This document shows positions 25,109 to 36,700 of a stretch of 57,470 nucleotides of DNA, piece by piece (within the stretch, counting starts at the first letter, position 1; every line of letters starts with the position of its first letter). The translations under genes and the position numbers were made by a program. The notes beneath the pieces are model-generated. The model saw only the letters and a list, made by a program, of their open reading frames with translations, ran no database searches and was not told where the DNA came from. The stretch is taken from contig DF237521.1 of NCBI GenBank assembly GCA_000708835.1, forward strand, positions 1-57,470, read 5' to 3'. The DNA is from Klebsormidium nitens. Taxonomy: Eukaryota > Plantae > Klebsormidiophyceae.

Positions 25109-26399
25109 GAGCCTCGAAGCGTTGGACCTCTGCTGGCTGAACAGGTGTCTCACTGTCCGGGTTACCTTTTTTTTGGACGTTGAGCTTGAAGAGCTTACAA
25201 TGATCTGCAATGAGCTGCACGAGAATCAGGTTCGCCACATGTACATGTATGTTGAGCAACACGCGTTTGACAGTCAAATCACTATAGGCCTGCAATATAG
25301 ATACGGATATAACCAGCAAAAACAATTACAGCAGACTCCTCTTGCTTTAAAACCTGTTTCCCGGCGACGACAGCATGCATTCCTCTCATGTTGCCTGCAT
25401 CATGGCATGGATCAACTTGCATCACTTTCCGTACGTAGTCCAGACATTGAACGTGTTCCGGCGGACTCAACGCGTGATGTGCATGGGCTAAAATTTGGCA
25501 GGGCATTTGCAACAGAAGTGTTCGCGAGCCAAGTTACATGAAAAGCTCTCTCGAGTTCCCCTCCACCCTCATATGGATACTGCCGAGTAGGCGGCCGCGC
25601 GACACGTGTGCATGCATCAGTGGTCGGATCGATCTAGCTGACAAGCTAAGCCCCAATCTCACTCATCAGAGGTTTCAGATGCGATCCCGGCCCGCCGGGC
25701 CATGTCCGCACCTGTTTGAGTACATGTTCGACGGCCTTGCAAAATATTCTGATTGTTAGCTAAAATCACTTTTGAGTCTTTTTTAATCCAAGCATAAGCA
25801 ATCGCGACTCAGGAGATCTGTGCACGCGACAGATTGACCCTGCGCGTGCATTGTATGCATGACTACCGCAAGCTTCCTCTGTTGAAGTGCATAAGCATGG
25901 ACGTCGTCGGCCGGCTCGGCTGGGGTGCAAGCTGTTGGTATGATTTTCGAATTGAACTCGCTACAGGAACCAACTGACCGTTCGCATCTAGCTAGATCTG
26001 ACTCTAGCTTGCATGAGATTTAGTGTGCCAGTCACTCAGATCTTCTGAGGGGTTGGTGGTCCAACTTTTACTGTAGTCGATAGAGAACAGTAAAGCAACG
26101 TCATGTTACCTTTCTAATGCAGCATTTCACTAACACCGACATAAACCTTGGTGACGACCTCCCAGGGTACGTCGGCAAAGGTGGGCTGAGGTACTGTAGA
26201 AAAGGTCTGTGGGCCTTTGGGCACTTCAAACGTAATTTCCCGATCCCCAGATTGCGTGATGCTTCCTGCTTGAACAAGTACGGACGTACGCAATTCGGGG
26301 ACTCTCCCACGCTGCCATACCTCCTGGATTCAGCAGAAAAGCCACTCCGTTTAGCTTCCGCTGGAACTAAAACGGAATCGCCCCCCAGCCTCGTCATGC

Positions 26400-27482
26400 T
26401 CACCGCCTGGCGGCCCTGCCGCTCTCGAACTCTGTTATCCTGCCGTTCTTTTGCAACTTGAGCTTCGTAACGATGTTATCGCCGTCGATCAACGTCACGT
26501 TTATCCGTTCCCCCAGCCGGATTTCCTCCGGCTGTTTCAGCAGTCTCGGCCATGTCCACTTTCTGGCCACGTGACCGTCGGGGGCGAAGAATGTGCAATC
26601 CGTCTTCGTCATAGAGACCCTGCAACCGAAGAGCCTTTGATGAGTCGGCGCGTTTTGCAACAGACAAAGTGCTCCTTTTGGTGCTTTTGAGATGCTAAAA
26701 TGTTGACCATTGAAAAATGTAGAGAAGTGGTCATTGAAAAGTTGTAAACTTTCTGTCCAAGAGTGCATGAACAACGCAACTTGGTTCGTCATCTGATTGG
26801 ATGTCTTCAAAAGTCAGGCTTGCTAATAAAACATGTCAAATTAGGATCTTTTTGAACGATCAAGCAACCGCTGAATGGGTAAGCAATGTAAGTCAAAGAC
26901 CAAGTTACCCCATACATTTTGCGGATCTCAGCAACAAGGATTAGGCAACTAGATGACAGGATGAATTGTCGAATCGAAGTACTCGCTTGTCTCGTATCAG
27001 AAGATGCTCAGCTTGACGTTCAAAGCTCAAGCAAGTGGGAAGCCAGATACTTATAATCTGTCACCACAATTACTCAGACATCAAGCAGCCATGCTTGCTT
27101 TCAACCCTTTCTTGCAAAAGTCTTCTGGATAAACGGTTGAAAACAAAGAGGAGTAACCCAATCATTGGTAGGCCCCTGCGCAGTGTGTTTTCCAAGGTAA
27201 GTATTCAGTGAAACTCATCATAGCTAGGACGAGGTGGTGAAAGATTCCATAGCTAGGCATTGATACCCACCTCACTTGGCCTGTCTCATAGTAGATCTTC
27301 CCTTCCCCCTGACTTGTGAACCAGCACAAGAGCCTTCTCCTGTTTGAGTCCTCGTAGAAAGAAGACATGCTTCCTCCTTGGATCACAGCAGCAACATTCC
27401 CTGAAGGATAGCGATAGATCTCCTCCCCTCTGCTTCCAACTTGCACCTTCGGCCCTTCCTCGCCAAAGCAAAAGCACCCCAT
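26400..27482 (-). CDS. FAM194/ERICH6-like domain protein A (exons 27482-27271, 26619-26400; 143 aa)
   Basis: IYRYPSGNVAA...SFYED...LLCWFTSQGEGKIYYETG...FFAPDG..RKWTW...I.LGERINVTLIDGDNI resembles the FAM194 C-terminal domain as I recall it. It is clearly paralogous to gene B and has the same phase-2 intron. The stop codon overlaps a possible donor (cg|gtgagc), so a further exon (~26330-26101) is possible. Confidence 0.72.
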
Positions 27483-30127
27483 TGGAAATCTGGTCTTCGT
27501 TTATGGTGAAAGTTGCAGAAAACACGGCGTCCACCTTCCGATGCTTGGATTTGCACCTGCGCAGAGTCAATGAATGAAGCGTTGAGGCGAGTGTTGTTTT
27601 GAGGAGAGTAATTTTCATTCGCCTGCAATTGACTTAAGAGTGCTTAGCTCCATTTGCTCCGTGCTAAGGATCGCGTTTGCCTGGGCAATATACACACGGC
27701 AAGAGTTGCTTTGGGTCAATGCAGGGAAAGCATCGGGAGCTGAGATTGGTTCGTGCCTTGCTCAGTGACTTTCTACGAAAAGAAACCTTGTCACAGTCAG
27801 CTTGCTTGCCCTTTGCAAGTGCTGATAAAGCACTCCTGGCAGGCAGGCTTATGTGCGAAGAAACTCAGGGTTCAATCGCAAACATGACCAGGCTAGCCCG
27901 GCTGTGAGCAAACAGACAAAGGAGGAGCAATGTGGAGGGCAAGTGGTAAGAGGGCAAGCTCAGCTTTGTGGCTGGCATTGTTTGGAGCTTGCCTTTCGGG
28001 AAGTTATTTCTGCCTATCTTTGGTGTATTTCCAGATTCTGGTAAGCCAAAGAGTTCCTCAAGCACATCATTGTATTGATGATAGATTGCTGAGAATTGTG
28101 TCGCAAACTCAAATAAGCAATGTGAATATATCAAAGATATATGATACCACAGGCGAACCCCCTCACCTGGCTCGCTTTCTTTGGTGCCCTTCACTTGCTC
28201 TAATCAACCTCAATGTTGCGCCGTTGAGTAGCAGACGTAGACACCTTTGAATCTTCAAATCACAAGATTGAGGTGGCCGCGAATGGCTGGAAGTCGCACA
28301 AGAACTCTTGGTGTTTCAAGCGAGCTCTCAACCAACTTCTTTTGCGTTGCAAGAGCTACTTAAGTTATCTAGACTCTTGCGCAGTTGCCCTATGTCGCAT
28401 ACCCGACAAGCTGATGCTGTGGGTGTGCCACATGACAAATTCGATCAACAAGCGCCAGGACTCATGTTGGCTGAAAAACCCATGACACTTATGCTCAAAC
28501 GTCAAGAAAAACTAGTGGAGGTCCTTTGCACCGGCTCCTTGTCTGAGTTTTCTGAATGCCAACAGTCAAAAGGACATCCGAGACAGCTGGTGGACGAGAG
28601 GCTTTCAAGGTACTCAGCGGATATGCATGTTGCAGTATGCAAGTAAACCAAAATTAGCCGGCCCTTTCAATGTAAGATGCATCTGAGTTCGTGTTGTTGG
28701 CGCGGAGGATGCAGAGAGCTTCCAAGCCTTCTGAGTTCCTTGGCGTCCTTGAGTGCTGAAGCAGTCTTCTTTGCTTCACCTCTCAAAAGCGTACCTGTAT
28801 TATGCACTCGGATGGCCCAGCAATTTCGCGGTGGCCCCAACCCGGGTGATCCCCCTTCTCGCAAAGTCTCTGCCAAGCTGTCCGTGGCTTCATCCATGTG
28901 TGCGGTATGGTACCGGCGGTACCGTTCCAGCTGAGCTTAAGTTGGCATTGGGCGGCCGCGCGGACAAGGAGGGCGGCCGCGTCGACTGCCGCCCCGCAGG
29001 CGGCCGCGCTTCAGCCCCGCGGCGGGCGGGCCACTCAGGCGATGGTGGCTACTAGGCTAGTGACTGCGCGCCTGTACTGACTTCAATCCTCCCATCCAGG
29101 GTCCGATGTGACACACCGAAGCGAGCCTGCCCAGGTAATCAGTCGGATTCGCTAGCTTGCTGTTGTTCGATCCAGGAAGCTCTTTGCAGTTAACGTCGCC
29201 ACGGCGATTATATCAGGCTGTCACGAATGATCTGCATAGTGACAGCGGCTACTACAAGCAACCACTGTGACCCATTTGAAAGCATAGAAAGGGATGCGAG
29301 TTCCGAGTCTCTAACCTCACTCTAACCCTCCTGAATGAAATCACTGGTTGAGCACTGAGGTCTGCACAGAGGTCAGACTTTGAGCTCAAGCTGATGAGCA
29401 TACACATCATGATGACCACCGAGTCAGTTATGGGAGTGTCAAGCCCGCAGATCGACGTGCGCAAAGAACCGAATCGACCAGCAATATCCTCACAACGTAG
29501 TCCGCGCGTTTGTACTTGAATACTGGGGTTATATTTGCCGGCGTCACTGCCAACAATCATTCTCATGATTAGTTCTCGCACCAAATGCACAAATCAGCAC
29601 AGAGATCTTCGAGAGAGACTACGGTCATCCAGTGCGGAAACGGTTGTCTCAAGCAAAACGTGTATGAAGGTCCTTCAATGAAGCGTTTTATTGAACCTCT
29701 CGGCGTGGTACTGAACGTACACGAACGGCGCCTTCAAATACAAGTGAGAGCAAGCCAACAAATAGCTAAACGGCAGGTAGCTGCGCGAGGTTTCTTGGAT
29801 TGCTGACTCGGCACAAGCAATGACAGTCAGCAAAACTAATTTTGCAAGTGTATCACTACTTATCGATTGCTCGATCCTATCAGACGACAACAACGGATGC
29901 GCTTCTCGCAATAATGATGAAACATTTACTCTTCGTAAGCCGACGCTTCGACTTGATTTCACTCAATTCCAAAGTGCAACTAGACTTCTGTCTCCTTGGT
30001 CCCTCATACTCACTGTCGCGTACCTAAGACTCTGCATGGGTGTGTCCATTTTGAAGGACACTTCGAAGTCATGATTTTCATAAATTCCTGATCTTAAGAT
30101 CAAACGCCCTATTCTACTCGACACTCA

Positions 30128-32429
30128 TCAACGCCGCCCCATCGTCCGATGTGGGATCCGTTGCTGCGACCGACGCGGGGTGCCGCCCGCCCTAGATGCC
30201 ACAAACAGCAGCCCCGCGATCGCAATGCCAGCTGCACTACCGATCAAAGGCCCCGCCATTTTCAGGATCGGCCGAAACTGCCCCGGCACCCCCCCTTCGC
30301 TTTGCGACCGGACAAGGCCTCTTTCTGGCGGTACTGCCGGAGGTGCTTTCGGCGGCGCGTGCGGGGTGACGTCAGGTGACACGTCAGCGAGCGTCAGCGG
30401 ACCGGCCGGCAGAGACGTGGTGCGGCGGGGGACGGAGATCGGGGAGAGGTACGGGTCTTCGTCCTCGTTGGCGGGGTAGATGGCCGCGGCCTTGCTCTTC
30501 TTTTGGACGGTCCGGATGCGATTTAAGGCCTGCGGACAAACGAGCGGACAAACTGAATACAAATTGCTTGTTGGCTGCTGCAGATGAATCCTGATCCGTA
30601 GAGGCTTCTGGACAAACGAGCGAACAAACCAAGCACGAAACGCCCGCTGGCTGCTGCGGACGGAGTCCGGATGGTGTGGAGACGAGGACTTTCTTGTGGA
30701 GCTTCACAGGAAAAGCTGAGGCGTTTGGTGCAAGGCCTCTGACAGCAGATAAGACCGCACTAACAACCAGAGCCAAGATTGGACGGTACGGGCCCGAGAA
30801 AGACCTGATAGTCAAACCCCGCTGGAGGTGATTCGAAGCAGATAAATTTTCATAATTGGAACCGGCAGGGGTTGACTGCACGCATGTATCAAGTTGTCGA
30901 ACCCTTCTGCCCGCCCCCCACCTTATTTCCACTGGAAGTTCAGGCTTAGTTGACGAACCGCGCACAGAAACAACTGCAAGCTTATGAGAGGCAGCAGCAC
31001 CGACAACAGACTCACGAGTTCAGGCTCGTTCGTTTGCTTGCGCATCTGCTGCCACTGGTGGCTCTCCCCGCAGTCGAACTCGGTGATCTTTTCGATCTTC
31101 GACGAGAGACGCAGCTTCGCGGTGATGTGCTGGCGGTCGATCAGGGTTACGTGTAACCGCTCCCCTAACCGCAGCTCCACCCGCTCGTTGAGTAACCGGG
31201 GCCAGGTCCACCGCTTCTTCACGTTGCCGTTCATGTCGAAGAACGTGCAGTCTTTCGTGGTTACCGAAACCCTGCGGGTTGGGTTAAGCTCGATTCAGTA
31301 TGGGTCATTGTATGCGAAGAAGGTCGCAGGAATGGGTTGTGGTCAACCTGACCAATCGTTTGCAGTGACCAGAGCTTGCATAGATGGTGTCGTCTGTGTT
31401 ATTTAACTGGCGAACAACGATGGAAGCGAGGATGAAAATCAACATTGACTTCCTGAGTTTTCTCACAACGGATTGTGCATCTTGACTGTGCGTCAGGCAG
31501 AGAGACTCCTCATATCTTGTAGGGCGCATTTTTCTTTTGGAAAATGAAACGAAGCAAGGGAGATTTCGACGATATGCTCCCTCGCAACCATCGTACTTGT
31601 CCAAGTTGCACCTTGAATTTGAGCAGAAGGGTCTTAAGCGTCTGGCCTCAGAAAGAGGAAAGTACACAAATTTGAAGCTTTTTCAATTCCGAGACTGCTT
31701 AAAACTTTATCAAAACCGTCAGGGAGCTTCGAAGGAACAGCTCTCTATCTAGGAAATCCGCAACCGCTGATAGCAGGAAAGAATCAGACGAACTTTAGAC
31801 TTCGTTCATTATCAGCAACTCTCGAGAGAGTCTCATGATCATTGCAGTTTTCGAGTGACATCAGAAGCTCTGTCTGAGACTAGCAGCTGGTTCGTAGCTG
31901 GAAGGAACTTTGTTCAAAAAGCTGGTCAAAACAAAGGTGAACGTGTACACCTATGGCAGGTGCTGCAAGTTTGTTTACTATGCCACCTCTTGGCAAACTC
32001 TAAAGCTCAAATAGGATCCATCAGCATTCTGGCAGGGCTCCTGTGGTACAGTGGAAAGGACTTTGAAAATGACATGAAAAACCAGAAGTAGTTGGTTCAT
32101 TCCTCTCTGATTTTCTGATACTTCTGACCGACCTTTGGTCAACACTCCAGCGGGCTGATCAAACTCAGCAGATCGTCATAAGCAAATCGAGCGCACCTCG
32201 GAACTCCGTTCTCATAGTAGATGTCTCCCACTCCTTGGTGATTGAAGCTGCACAGCAGTCTCCCTTTCACATTGTCCTCGAAGAACGAAGACACCCTGTC
32301 ACTTTCTCCTCCACTCACAATGGCGGCAACGTAGCCTGAAGGGTAGCGATATATCTTCTCCCCATTGTTCCCCAATTCTGCGCTTATCCTCTTCTTGTTC
32401 AGCCCGAAGAGCCCCCGCCAAAACCCCAT
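30128..32429 (-). CDS. FAM194/ERICH6-like domain protein B (exons 32429-32197, 31271-31016, 30529-30128; 296 aa) with C-terminal hydrophobic helix
   Basis: KIYRYPSGYVAA...SFFEDN...LLCSFNHQGVGDIYYENG..R|VSVTTKDCTFFDMNGNVKKRWTWPRLL... Exon phases are consistent. The tail is LIGSAAGIAIAGLLFVAS followed by basic residues. Confidence 0.75.
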
Positions 32430-33765
32430 CTCCGCTCTACTAGCTCCCTTCTGCACTAGCAGCCTTGACTGGCAGTCCTGAATGGTCTTGAACTCAAGCG
32501 CGAAGCTTTCACGGATGCTTTTTGTGCTGCAAGCCTCGTTCTCTGGTGCTCCCAAGATGCCTCTGCTCTCTCAACTCTCTTTTAATCCCTCAGACGCTTG
32601 TTCGGAAACTGCTGATCAAGAGATCTAAAATCAAAAGCCCGAAGCTAGCAGACACTATATTGCTAACCTTACTCTTTCCTCGCAAAAGTTTTGAAGAGGT
32701 TCATCACAAGAAATAGAGCCTGGATAGATTGGTATGCCGAATGCTGGGGCATTGCAACGTTCATTGTTTCATTGTTTGACATTGGTTGACTATGTAGTAT
32801 GACTGTCAACAATGCCGCAGGCTTCGGATTGCGGGACTCAATCAATCGAATGGCGAATTCTTCACATCCCTTTTCAAATCTGCAGAGCATGTAACCTGGA
32901 TTTGCTTTGGTCTTCTTCTGATACTGGACTCACCTAGCCGCCTGGAAAATGAAAGGTTGTGTGCACCGACCGTTCGCCGGCCGGTCAGTCGTCATCGGAC
33001 TGGCTGGGTCAACGTTGGTCAAACCGATGCTGTACCGTCGATACGAAGGCAATGCAGATCGTACGGAGATGAATGTACTAAAAATCACTGCGCGCGCGAC
33101 GTATTGTCTGACGGTACGTGACGTATCGGACCGTCTGGGCCCGGTCCCCGACGGCGCGAGGCAGTCACTTGAACACTGTGAATCAGATGCATGCGAGCCA
33201 GCCTGGCGGAGGGCTCCGAGTCAGCTTTTTCAGTGGCAGCATCGCATCTTGTTCTCTTGCGTTTCAGATCAGATTTGGGTGACGCTAGCTGCTTCGCCTT
33301 GCATGGTAAAGCATCATGAACGGACTTGGGTCTCAGTCTCCCAGATATGCGCCGTGGCCAATAGTGTTGATTTGGATCGAGCAGCACGTTGGAAGATGAG
33401 TCGGCACCTGACTCCTTCCCATGTGACCCTCGTCACGGATGACTTCAGCAACGATGACTTGGCTAGATAAAGGAGATAAGCTGCTGGGGGGACAGTGAGT
33501 AGTACAAGGATGCTGTTCTGCAGGCGGAGTTCCGCCAGAGGAAGTTTTTGATCTTGAGGAAACCGTCAGAAGGCTGCCACAACGACAAGGCAAAGCGCTC
33601 CAATCGCCCCAAAAGCAATTCAGCACACCCCATCAAGGTCTGTAACACCTAGCAAGATGTAGCAATTGGGGCCTTCCCGCTTCCTGCATTGCGCAGCGCC
33701 TCCGTATCAATCGCTTCGATGTACATCTCATTCTCCTGACGTGCCCACGGGCGCAACGATCCACG

Positions 33766-36700
33766 ATGGCCGCACCCCGCGCCGCTGACGTCAGCCCGCC
33801 CCTGGGTGACGTCAGGCTGTACAACATCTTCAAAACGTACGCCACGTTTGTCTCGGAGCTTGCCGACTTTGCTCTGGAGCAGGGCGCGTTCCTCCGGTGC
33901 ATCGCGGCGGAGCGTTTGCTCGATTCCGGGGGCCTCGCGTTCGACGAGGCCGTTTTGCTGTTCAACTTACATGCGGTTGGGCGGGATTCGCCGTGCGTGA
34001 CGTTCAAGCGCTTTGTGCGGGTGCTGCAGCTCGTCCGGGCCAGGTAATTCCCAGCAGGCTGATATGGGACTGCCTGTCTATGTCTTTTTAAAAGTAAACG
34101 GCAAGAGTATTTCGAGTGGTTTTACCCCACCATAATCATTCGTTTGAGGCCTGAAGCTCCATACCGACCAGTCAGCCAGCAGTGTCGACGTGTACTGCTT
34201 CTTCCGAGCAACCTGCTAGTTTTAGTGCAAAACTTAGTGTCGCAGTGTGACTTACTCAGTCTGTTACTGAGTGAAATTAAACTAGATTAGATGACACTAA
34301 AACTGGCAGGTTCAATGATTGGGAGAAGCTGTAAGTGCGCAGAGGACTGCAGACAAGAACAGGTTTGACGTTCTAGTCAGAGGTCAGGTGCTTCAACTTG
34401 GCATGAGAAGCAGAAGCTCACGAGTGTGCCTTGGAAGCTCAACCTTCTGCACAAGGTCACTGACAAAAGCAAATTCGGCTTTCACAAGCTGGTTGATGGG
34501 AGCATCAGCAAGATGCACAAACGAGATGACGTTCTCTTCAAATGTCAAAGCTACTGGTTTCAACCAGTCTCTTTGCCTCCACAGTAATGAGTTCGTGCGG
34601 GTGGCGCGGAAGTCAGTACGCATCATTGCATTTATGATTCGAAAATATGATATTGCCTCAACGGGAGTTCGGTGACTGGTTCCCGAGGTGCACTGAGGGT
34701 CTTGCCCGTGCAGGCACCCCCCCGGCGGAAAACCGGCCCTTCCGGACCTCGCAAGGAGAACTGGTGGCCTAACCAACGCCGCAACTCTTCCCGCCCGCCC
34801 CTCGACCGCACACCCCATCCGGCGAACCCCCGACCCGGCAAAGAGCACCCCGTCGACGACGTCAGCGAACCCGCCGCTGACGTCAGCGAAGTCGTTGAGC
34901 GCACTCGACGGGCGGCCCGCCACCGCGCCGAGCTTCCCCCTCTCCGGCAGCGTCACCGCGCGGAATCTTCAAGCGGAGAGTGTCTTCGAATCGGTGCCAA
35001 ACGGATGGAATGCAATCAGGTGGAAGTTGGTTGTCGGTCGCTGCCGATATCCTGTCATGATGGCACCACGGATTTGCAACAGTCCCGTTGTCAGCTAGAA
35101 AATTACCGGTTCTTTTCCCTGTAACTGAACCCAACAGCTTCTACTTTGGCTCAACGGGCGTTTAAAAACAAGTGATAGTGTTTGGTTCGGACATTCATTC
35201 CCTATCAACCATGCTCGTTTGGTAATGCGGCAGCTAACAAGAAGCACACTCAAACTGGCGCCACACTTCCTTCAGATTAATATCTGCTTACCAACCGGGC
35301 TGTTTGCCAGTCTTGGTCTCAGGTTAGTGCATAAACAGCCGGTGTTTAACCTTGCTCCAAAGCTGGTCACCGTCCAATTCTGCTTAACAGGAAAATTAAC
35401 CACCTTTTGACCAGCTCACAACCATCCATACTTAACGGCCAAAAATTGCTATGCCCTTATCAGAGAGGCGCGGCAAAGGAAGAGAGTCGGGCGGCCTTGG
35501 GTTTGTCGCCCCAAGGACATGCCCGTTTTGCGATATACTTCGTTGGTTTGAACATTCATTCCCTATCAACCATGTCGTCTCGCAATGCGGCAGCTAACAA
35601 GAAGCGAATCCAACTTGGCGCCACTTTTTTCCCGTCATCAGAGAGGCCCGGCAAAGGAAAAGAGTCGGGGGCCCCTGGGTTTGTCGCCCAGGGACATGCC
35701 CGCTTTCTCGATATACTTCGTTGGTTTGGACATTCATTCCTTATCAACCATTCTCTATCAACCATGCTCGACTCACAAAGCGGCAGCTAACAAGAATCTA
35801 ATCAATTTCAGGGAGGCACGGCAAAGGAAAAGGGTCGGGGGCCCTTGGGTGTGTCGCCCCGAGGACATGCCCGTGCTGTTACCAAGGGAGCTGCCGATCC
35901 CGGAGGAGGCCCCCAGAGGGGTGCCGACGCTGCTGGAAAGGTGTGGGCGGCAGTGCGCCGAGGGGAGGTGGGTGAAGAAATGGCAAAAAAGAGAAATAAG
36001 CTGTAGGAATAGTAAGCTTCACAAATAGGCCCCTTTGGAGTAGCAAGATTTCCAACCTGGGACGGGTGGGGTTCATTTGGGTAGGGTGGGTACGGGCGGA
36101 GCAGGTAATTCAACATGTTAGGATTCAGTCTTAGGTTCGAGCTTACTAATCCTAAGCTTTACTTTCCTAAGCTTTACTACTCATGACTTGTCACGATATA
36201 GGTGGGTACTGCTGATCTTCTGACGAGCTGCTACTTGCTAGTGGTTCGGAACGAAACTGGTTGCGAGATGAAAATGGTTTTGAGAGGGAAGAAAAGGTTT
36301 CGAGACGGAAGCAAGAGGAAGCTGCGCAGGGGAATCGAGTAGGCTCGATGGATAGAAAATGTCAGGTTACCAGTTGAAGGGCGGTGCGACTGTCTTCGTC
36401 GGAGGCACAGAGTTCGCAGAGTTAGACGCAAGGGTTATGGATGCATAAGGCGCAGATAGTGAGGCAGACGCCTGGTGACGTCAGCCCGACGCAAGCAGTG
36501 TCCGTATCGTGCATTTCAGAAGTGCTAGTATTCGAAGCTGTTGGCCGCGAATCAGCTATGCAATTCATATTTCATTGGCGGAGAGGGCGCCATATTTCGC
36601 AGCCCTCTGACTGTTGTTGCGAGAGACTTCTTATCATAGCGAGACGCCTCTCTTCACAGCGAATTTCTCTTATATCACACCGAAGCTGCTACGCTGCTGA

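Noticed and set aside
26101-26403. ORF 26101-26403 as a third exon of FAM194-like gene A
   Set aside because: Splice phases would allow it, but the peptide has no similarity to paralog B's tail; left as an unresolved alternative.
27600-30100. Several 60-112-aa ORFs between the two FAM194-like genes
   Set aside because: No recognisable motifs, no consistent exon chain; treated as UTR or intergenic, though a small unrecognised gene cannot be excluded.
809-33027. Exact 14-mer gttggtcaaaccga at 809 and 33014, both upstream of genes
   Set aside because: Several 14-bp matches are expected by chance within 57 kb.
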